DNA of 30,982 nt, taken from contig CAZSQE010000001.1 in the NCBI GenBank assembly GCA_964608905.1, positions 1-30,982 on the forward strand. The letters run 5' to 3'. Below are positions 25,177-30,982 of the stretch, piece by piece. The position numbers were made by a program, and so were the translations under genes. Position 1 is the stretch's first letter; each line of letters opens with the position of its first letter. The notes below the pieces were generated by a model. The model was not told the origin of the DNA and searched no databases. It saw only the letters and a program-made list of their open reading frames with translations. Source of the DNA: an uncultured bacterium. Its GTDB lineage: Bacteria; Eisenbacteria; RBG-16-71-46.

Positions 25177-25956
25177 TCAGAACCGGCGCTCGATCCCCAC
25201 CACGGCGTAATGGAGCCACGCGAACGTGTAGACCTCGTCCACGTCGGCGCCGCCCTCGACCGTGCGGTAGCCCGCGGTCAGGGTCCACGCGTCGCCGAGA
25301 TCGCGGCCCAGCGTGAGTGCGACGTCCTCGGCGCGGCCCGGTCCGCCCGCCAGCGCGTCGGCGTCGAGGCCCAGCTGCCAGCTCGGCGCGAAGCGCCACT
25401 CGCCCGCGACGTGCAGCAGCGGCACGAAGCCGAGGTCGGTCTTGCGGCTCGTGACGGTGCCCTGGACGAGTTCGATCTTCGCGTCGCGCACCTTGGCGGT
25501 GAATCCCGTCCACCACGTCCAGCGCGCGCCCTCGTGCAGTCGGTAGCGGTAGGAAAGCCGGTACGAGTTGAACTGGTACGTCGCCTCGACGGGCACGCCG
25601 GGCGCATAGGCGGCGCCGGCGAAGTCGATCGTCCGGCCGGGGATGCCGGTCTCAATGATCGAGAACGGCGCCGCCAGCACGCGGAGCGCATGCCGCTCGC
25701 CGGTGCGCCACGTGAGGTAGGCGCGGCCCGCGGGCCACGGTCCGGAACCTGCGAGGTCGCAGAGCGTGAAGCGGGTCCCCGAGGCATCGTTCGGGATCTG
25801 CACGTCGTTGAGGCTCTGCCACGCTGGGCCGCCCTCGATCCGCACGGTGAAGCGGGGCGCCTCCGTGGCGCGGGCCACTGGGGCGGGACAGGCGCCGGCG
25901 AGGCAGGCAACGCTCAGCGCCAGCGCGGGGGCTGCGGGAAGCCGAAAAGCGTTCAT
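25177..25956 (-). CDS. Putative outer-membrane beta-barrel protein
   Basis: ATG at 25956 follows GGAGGG. Signal peptide, amphipathic strands (YRLSYRY, LHVAGEWRF, LTAGYR) and a C-terminal Phe. Confidence 0.7.
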   Translation of the reverse strand: MNAFRLPAAPALALSVACLAGACPAPVARATEAPRFTVRIEGGPAWQSLNDVQIPNDASGTRFTLCDLAGSGPWPAGRAYLTWRTGERHALRVLAAPFSIIETGIPGRTIDFAGAAYAPGVPVEATYQFNSYRLSYRYRLHEGARWTWWTGFTAKVRDAKIELVQGTVTSRKTDLGFVPLLHVAGEWRFAPSWQLGLDADALAGGPGRAEDVALTLGRDLGDAWTLTAGYRTVEGGADVDEVYTFAWLHYAVVGIERRF

Positions 25957-26008
25957 GGGGTCCCTCCGGGTGACGCCTGCCACTCGGCCTCGGTCGGCCG
26001 GCATGGGG

Positions 26009-26407
26009 CTATCTCTTCTTCGGCCCTGCAGGAAGCTCGCAGGCGGCGTCCGCACAGCGGCCGGTGAGTCGGAGCCGGTTCTTCGCGAACCAGCGGTAGC
26101 CGAGGTCGAGCAGTTGCGCGATGCCGGGCAGGCGTGTCGGTGCGACAAGAACCCCGAACCCCGCCGCGGTGTAGAGGCGACGAAACACCTCGACCCCTTC
26201 GACCAGAGTGCCGTCGGGCAGCCGGCCATGGATGCGGTCCATGAGGGCCTCCATCGTCACGCCGACGGAAGCGGCGTCGAACGCCTCCTCCGCGATGTCG
26301 ACGAAACGGATGCGCTGCCGCCTGTCGAGCCGGCGAAGCACCCTGACCTCGTGCCTGCAGAGCGGACAGCGGCCGTCGTAGAACGCCTCGATGTCGAAGG
26401 TGGTCAT
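26009..26407 (-). CDS. DCC1-like thiol-disulfide oxidoreductase (DUF393)
   Basis: FYDGRCPLC (DxxCxxC)...IRFVDI...Y.WFAKNR. Confidence 0.88.
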   Translation of the reverse strand: MTTFDIEAFYDGRCPLCRHEVRVLRRLDRRQRIRFVDIAEEAFDAASVGVTMEALMDRIHGRLPDGTLVEGVEVFRRLYTAAGFGVLVAPTRLPGIAQLLDLGYRWFAKNRLRLTGRCADAACELPAGPKKR

Positions 26408-26485
26408 GTCCGATCGTCCATGGCTCTTAGACGACGATCCCATCCGAAAGGATTCGAGAACGCCAGCCGGACACCCGCCTCGCGG

Positions 26486-27211
26486 TCACGCCAGCTCCAG
26501 GTCGAACTCCGGCGGGCCGACCGTGACGATACCCAGGTGCCCATCGATCGTGATCACGTCACCGTCGCGAAGCTGCTCCACCGCGCGGTCGGCCTCCGGG
26601 CTGCGCGGATCGCGGTTGAAGGCCACGCCCGAACACTCCGCCAGCTCCACGGCCTGGACGAGCACCGCCATCCGGCTCCGGTGCGGGTCGAGCGACAGCT
26701 CGCGTCGGTAGAGGAGCGCAGCATCCGACCACAGCGAGGCCCAGACCGCCCGCACCGCATCGAGGACGGCGTGATCCCCCTCCAGCCCGACGAAGGAGTC
26801 GTGGAGCCCGGCAAAGGACGACTGCCGCGAGTCCTCCCCGGGCGCCGACGAGCGAACGGCCACGGCGCCGTCGCCGACGTGGTCCGCCAGGGCCCGGCGG
26901 ATCTGCGCGGCGATCGCTTCCGGGATCCGGGTGCGCAGGAAGGCGGATCGGATCCGCAGCGCGGCGTCCCACAGTTCCTCCCACCGCATGGCGTCCAGGG
27001 GCTTGCGGCCCAGCTCCATCGCGATGTGCCCGCTCAGGCTGGCGTCGGCGACGAACCGTTCGTACGCCCTCGTCGTGATGCAGAATCCCCGGGGAACCCT
27101 GAATCCCGCCTGGATGAGCGAGCCGAGCCTGGCCGCCTTGCCGCCGACCAGCCTGTCTCCCGCAGCGGCGGCCCCGGCCAGGGGGACTATGCACGACGCC
27201 TGGGAACCCAC
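26486..27211 (-). pseudogene. PEP-utilising enzyme (PPDK/PEP synthase N-terminal-domain family) with a large in-frame internal deletion
   Basis: VGGKAARL, VPRGFCITT, VAVRSSAPGED, SFAGLHDS, MAVLVQ and SGVAF...DP are joined directly to the extreme C-terminal segment of the mobile domain (LRDGDVITIDGHLGIV). The phospho-His segment is missing. Confidence 0.75.
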
Positions 27212-27690
27212 TGCCGGACCTCTTGGAAACGGGTGACGTGAAGGTACCGCGCGATGTCGAGGCGAAACAGACCGCTGGAGTCGGCGCGGACGAAGGTGTC
27301 GAGGTAGGGGTGCCGGTCGATGAGCAGGCGGGACCAGCGCTCGAACTCCGGTCCCGTCGCCACTTCGTGCGCGCGGCCGGTCGCCGTCACGGCTTCGACG
27401 TCCATGAGCCGGCCGGGAAGCGCCGAGCGGTTGTCGACGACGAGCGCCACGTGGGCGCACGCGGAGAGCAGCCGGTACTTCCTGGTGGCCTTCTGCGTCG
27501 CGAAGAACGCTGCATCGAGGTCAGGGGTCATGGCGTACGCCACCAGCGAACCGTACGGTTGCCCCTCGCCCTGCGTGCACAATACCCCGTACGGCTGGCC
27601 GTCGAGGAGCCGCCTGATGGTCCTGTCGAGGTCTTCACCCGGACCACGGTCCGGGGCGGCCTCGCCCGCGATTTCGTCGGGTACGCGCAT
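27187..27690 (-). CDS. Pyridoxamine 5'-phosphate oxidase-like FMN-binding split-barrel protein
   Basis: GVLCTQGEGQPYGSLVAY...FATQKATRKYRLL...VALVVDNR. Confidence 0.85.
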   Translation of the reverse strand: MRVPDEIAGEAAPDRGPGEDLDRTIRRLLDGQPYGVLCTQGEGQPYGSLVAYAMTPDLDAAFFATQKATRKYRLLSACAHVALVVDNRSALPGRLMDVEAVTATGRAHEVATGPEFERWSRLLIDRHPYLDTFVRADSSGLFRLDIARYLHVTRFQEVRQWVPRRRA

Positions 27691-27777
27691 GTTTTTCCCC
27701 CGCCCTCTCTGCGGCTCCTGTCGAATCCTGCGACACGCCGAGTGTGGGGCGGCCAGCGGCGGCGCGGCGGCTGCCGC

Positions 27778-28233
27778 TCAGCCGGCCCGGCCCGCGAACA
27801 AGGCATTGCACTCCGGTTCGAGCACGCCGCCGATGATCGTACAGACCCACCCCGGGCTGCGGCGCACCACCTCCTCGGAGAGGATGTCGATCTGCCGCCA
27901 GCCCTGCTGCTGCAGGAAGCGGATCGACGAGCCGAACACCACCGTGCCGATGCCGCTCCAGAGGATGGCCGCCAGGCACATGGGGCACGGCTCCGCGGTC
28001 GTGTAGAGGACGAGGCCGGATTCACCTCCGCCGCGACCGGATTCGGCGAGGCGGTTGATGGCGTCGATCTCCCCGTGCCACGTCGGGTTGATCGCCGACT
28101 TGTTCCACCCCTCCGCCACCACCTCACCCGTATCGGCGCGGACGATCAGGGCGCCGAAGGGCAGACGGGGACAATGGGCGGTCAGCGCGATGGCCCGACG
28201 CATGAAGCGTTCGTGATCGAGGGATGGCATCAC
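27778..28233 (-). CDS. Zinc-dependent nucleoside/nucleobase deaminase (cytidine deaminase fold)
   Basis: HGE...PCPMC zinc motifs; PFGALIV. Confidence 0.9.
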   Translation of the reverse strand: MMPSLDHERFMRRAIALTAHCPRLPFGALIVRADTGEVVAEGWNKSAINPTWHGEIDAINRLAESGRGGGESGLVLYTTAEPCPMCLAAILWSGIGTVVFGSSIRFLQQQGWRQIDILSEEVVRRSPGWVCTIIGGVLEPECNALFAGRAG

Positions 28234-28464
28234 TCGGCGATGGTACCAGATGGCGGCCAGTCGCGCGGTTCAGGCACTCGGTCAGCCGGGTATTCGTGGG
28301 TCTTCCGCCGCGTCTGGTGCCGATGCTCGTGCGGGTCTCATGGATCCAGCAGGCAGTGCATCGTTCACCCCACCCGCGAGTCCGAAGGACCCGGGCAGCG
28401 AGTTGTCCGGAGAAGCCGGGCCGGTTCCGCCCCGCGGTGCTCTGGCGCGCGTTGCGATCCCCGC

Positions 28465-29604
28465 CTACCGGCCGCCGCCCAGCAATCCGCGCTGGCGCGC
28501 GACGAAGGCCGCGAAGTCAGTGCCGGCAGGCGTTGTGTGCCAGAGGGCGACCTCGTCGATGCCCAGGAAGCCGGCCTTCCTGAGCGACTCCATGCTCTTC
28601 GCCTTGAGCGCATGGGCAGCCCGGAGCGTCTGGTTCAGTCGCGCGGTCGCCGACTCCGTCGCAGGAGACGGGGCGCCCGCGTCAAATGCCTCGCTCAGCA
28701 CCCGCCCCATCGACCCCGAGGGTGCCGGGCGCCCCGTCAGGGAGGCGATGGTCGGGGCCACGTCGTAGATCTCGCAATGCGGCGCGGTCCGCCCTTCCAC
28801 CACGCCCGCCCCCACGACCACCAGGGGTGTGACGCTCGACCCCGTGCTGTAGGGCTCGTGCCAGCCTTCGTCGGCCTGGCCATGATCACCGCAGACCAGC
28901 AGAACCGCGTCCTTCCACAGGTCCTGTTCCTTCAACCACTGCACGAACTCGCCCAGATGCCCGTCGGCGCGTTCGCACGCCATGCGGTACGGGGACTCCG
29001 CGTGCCAGATGTCCCGGTACCATGGCTCCTTGGCGTACTGGCTCCTGCTGACCTTGTCGCCCTCGATGCCGGCGCGCTGCAGGTGCACGCGCATGAAGAC
29101 GGGCTTCTTCTCGAGCAGGACCTCCTTCGCCCGCTCGATGACCCAGGCGTCCGGGTTGTGCGGTCCTGCCAGGTAGACACCGAAGCCCCCGCTCACGTCC
29201 TTGTATGAATAGGCGTTCACGACGAATGCGGTCTGCGCTTCCTCGAACTGATGCTGGATCATCGCCGTCCGGATACCGTCGGTACCGATGAACGGCGTGC
29301 CCGCCATGAGCATGGGATTCGGCATGGAGCACGACCACGGATACCGCGGATCGTTCTTCGGATGCCCGGGCAGCGGCAGGTGCATCGCCTCGTACCGGCA
29401 CCCCTCCCCCGCCAGACGCAGAAGGTTCGGCATCGAGAAGCGTTCCGGCGCCCGCGCCGCCAGGCCGTCGATCACGAATAGAATGACGCGCTGCGCCCGC
29501 GGGGTCGTCACCTTCCCTGTCCCGGTCCCCCCGCGCGCCCCGGGCGCGTGAGGTCCTGCGAGCAGACAGCACGCCAGCACCCACGCGATTCGCCATCGCG
29601 TCAT
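28465..29604 (-). CDS. Secreted alkaline-phosphatase-superfamily (phosphodiesterase/sulfatase-like) enzyme
   Basis: ATG at 29604 follows GAGG. Signal peptide, VILFVIDGL, SCSMPN, LVCGDHGQ, and PLVVVG...DVAPTIA. Confidence 0.8.
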   Translation of the reverse strand: MTRWRIAWVLACCLLAGPHAPGARGGTGTGKVTTPRAQRVILFVIDGLAARAPERFSMPNLLRLAGEGCRYEAMHLPLPGHPKNDPRYPWSCSMPNPMLMAGTPFIGTDGIRTAMIQHQFEEAQTAFVVNAYSYKDVSGGFGVYLAGPHNPDAWVIERAKEVLLEKKPVFMRVHLQRAGIEGDKVSRSQYAKEPWYRDIWHAESPYRMACERADGHLGEFVQWLKEQDLWKDAVLLVCGDHGQADEGWHEPYSTGSSVTPLVVVGAGVVEGRTAPHCEIYDVAPTIASLTGRPAPSGSMGRVLSEAFDAGAPSPATESATARLNQTLRAAHALKAKSMESLRKAGFLGIDEVALWHTTPAGTDFAAFVARQRGLLGGGR

Positions 29605-29696
29605 GGTCACCTCCGGCGGTGGAGTCTCATCGAGTCGAGCGACCGCATGCGACACCTGGCTTCCCGGGACTCGGCCGCGTTCCGGGAGAGGCGATG

Positions 29697-30575
29697 CTAT
29701 TCCATGAACGGCGGCTCGCCTTGGATGCTGCGGGTGATCTCCAGCGCCCGCTCCACGTCGACCCTGCGCCCCCGCCAGACCAGCCAGATCGCCCCCTCGG
29801 CCCCGCCGACGCCCCCGGCCGAGCCCTGCCAGGCTTCGACATTCGCCAGGATCCTCAGGGCCTCGATCTCCGTGACGATCTGGCCGCGCAGGATGCGCAT
29901 GAACGGCTGTGCGGTCAGCGCCTCGACGGGCGAATCGAGCTTCTCGGCGACTTCGCTCACCCGGCCGGCGATCTGCTTTTCCAGGCCGATGGGGATGACC
30001 ACGCGGGCCATTCCCGCGGCCATCAACGGCTCGATCTTGCCGGTCGTCCCGCCCTCCCTGGTGCGGGCCCACACGCCCGCGATCCCGCGTTCGTAGTCCA
30101 GGGCGTTGCCACCCTTCATGATCACGTCGTCCGGTCGGACCCGCGAAAGCACCTCGTCCAGCCCGAGCTCGGGGTGATACTGGCCCTTGATGATGACCAC
30201 TTCCTTCATGGGCGTGACGCCGGCCCAGGTCCGGCCGCCCTTCTGCGGCAGGACCTGGCCGCGCACCATCGCGCCCGGCTTGATGTCCTGCCCGAGCAAC
30301 TCCTCCGCGACGTAGGTGTTGGTCGTCCCCTTGCAGATCACGACCATGCCGCCCCGCATGGCCTGTCGCACGGCGGGCATCTCGGCGACCCCCTTGGCGA
30401 TCAGCCGCTTGCCCTCCGCCACGGTCAGGACGGCGTGCGCCTGGACCAGGTCGGCTTCGTCCGCGCCTCCCGCGGGTGACGCCGCCGGAGCGGAACCAGC
30501 GCCCAGGACGCCGGCCAGGATCACGAGGGAACACGAACCAGCGTGAGCGATCGCACGGCAGCGGGCCCGGAACAT
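29697..30575 (-). CDS. Conserved hypothetical protein with a signal peptide
   Basis: LTVAEGKRLIAKGV...GTTN.YV.EEL...KGGNALD...PIGLEK looks like a conserved family, but I cannot assign a function. GGGGGAG precedes the ATG. Confidence 0.7.
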   Translation of the reverse strand: MFRARCRAIAHAGSCSLVILAGVLGAGSAPAASPAGGADEADLVQAHAVLTVAEGKRLIAKGVAEMPAVRQAMRGGMVVICKGTTNTYVAEELLGQDIKPGAMVRGQVLPQKGGRTWAGVTPMKEVVIIKGQYHPELGLDEVLSRVRPDDVIMKGGNALDYERGIAGVWARTREGGTTGKIEPLMAAGMARVVIPIGLEKQIAGRVSEVAEKLDSPVEALTAQPFMRILRGQIVTEIEALRILANVEAWQGSAGGVGGAEGAIWLVWRGRRVDVERALEITRSIQGEPPFME

Positions 30576-30608
30576 GGCTGGCTCCCCTCAAGGTGCGAAA
30601 CCGCGTGA

Positions 30609-30982
30609 CTATCCGCCGAAGTAGTGCGCCTCGGGATGGTGGACGACCACGGCCACCGTGGACTGCCCGGGAACGAGTTGGCCCGCGGACATCAGGCTCA
30701 TCCCCAACTCCCTCCCGGCCGGGAGCAGACGGAACACCCTGCGCTGCTCCTTCACGTCGGGAAGCGCCCAGGAGCCCCACGAACAGCGCCGGCCAAGATC
30801 ACCGGCGAGCCCCAGTTCCTGGCGTACCCGCTCGAACACCAAGTTGGCCGCCGCCTCGGCGGTCTGCGCGGCCAAGGAACTCTCACACGCTGGAGCGTCA
30901 GTCTACACCGGTGGCGGTGCCGCGAGCCATCGAGACGCCGTGACCGCCGGTGGGCTCCGTCCCGGTCCCACCGCCCCGCGCC
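30609..30982 (-). pseudogene. Degenerate C-terminal activation domain of B12-dependent methionine synthase (MetH-like)
   Basis: AEAAA...RVRQELG...RCSWGSWALPD...QLVPGQST.AVVVHHPEAHYF resembles the MetH end (RYSFGYPACPD...PEQST.A...HHP.A.YF). An in-frame TAG sits at 30903-30905. Confidence 0.6.

Overview
GC-rich bacterial DNA. The FlgD-Ig/T9SS-like C-terminal domains, WGRxKTLYR tails and a kinase-TolB-like-TPR gene suggest, by inference only, an FCB-group lineage such as Ca. Eisenbacteria or Krumholzibacteriota. Positions 1-13.1 kb hold a cluster of exported and envelope proteins (NHL propeller, GH57-like enzyme, lamin-tail protein, PrcB-like lipoprotein, FN3 protein, thioredoxin/barrel-like fusion, TonB-dependent receptor). 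The main signal is at 13.2-23.6 kb. An intact tRNA-Arg(CCT) on the minus strand is preceded by four co-oriented copies of its 5' half, each ending in the anticodon loop. These copies divide the region into four 1.8-3.6 kb cassettes: MNT-HEPN toxin-antitoxin plus a membrane protein; DUF4071-TPR plus TIR and a lipoprotein; a Ser/Thr kinase; and gldA. I see no integrase in the window. Two cassettes share a duplicated tRNA promoter region, and the most distal copy is the most decayed, which fits a polar, integron-like array anchored on the tRNA. Positions 23.6-31 kb hold a LOV-PP2C phosphatase, a beta-barrel protein, a deaminase/PNPOx/PPDK-fragment/DCC1 run, an alkaline-phosphatase-superfamily gene and several gene remnants. 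All calls come from motif recognition by eye; no database searches were run.
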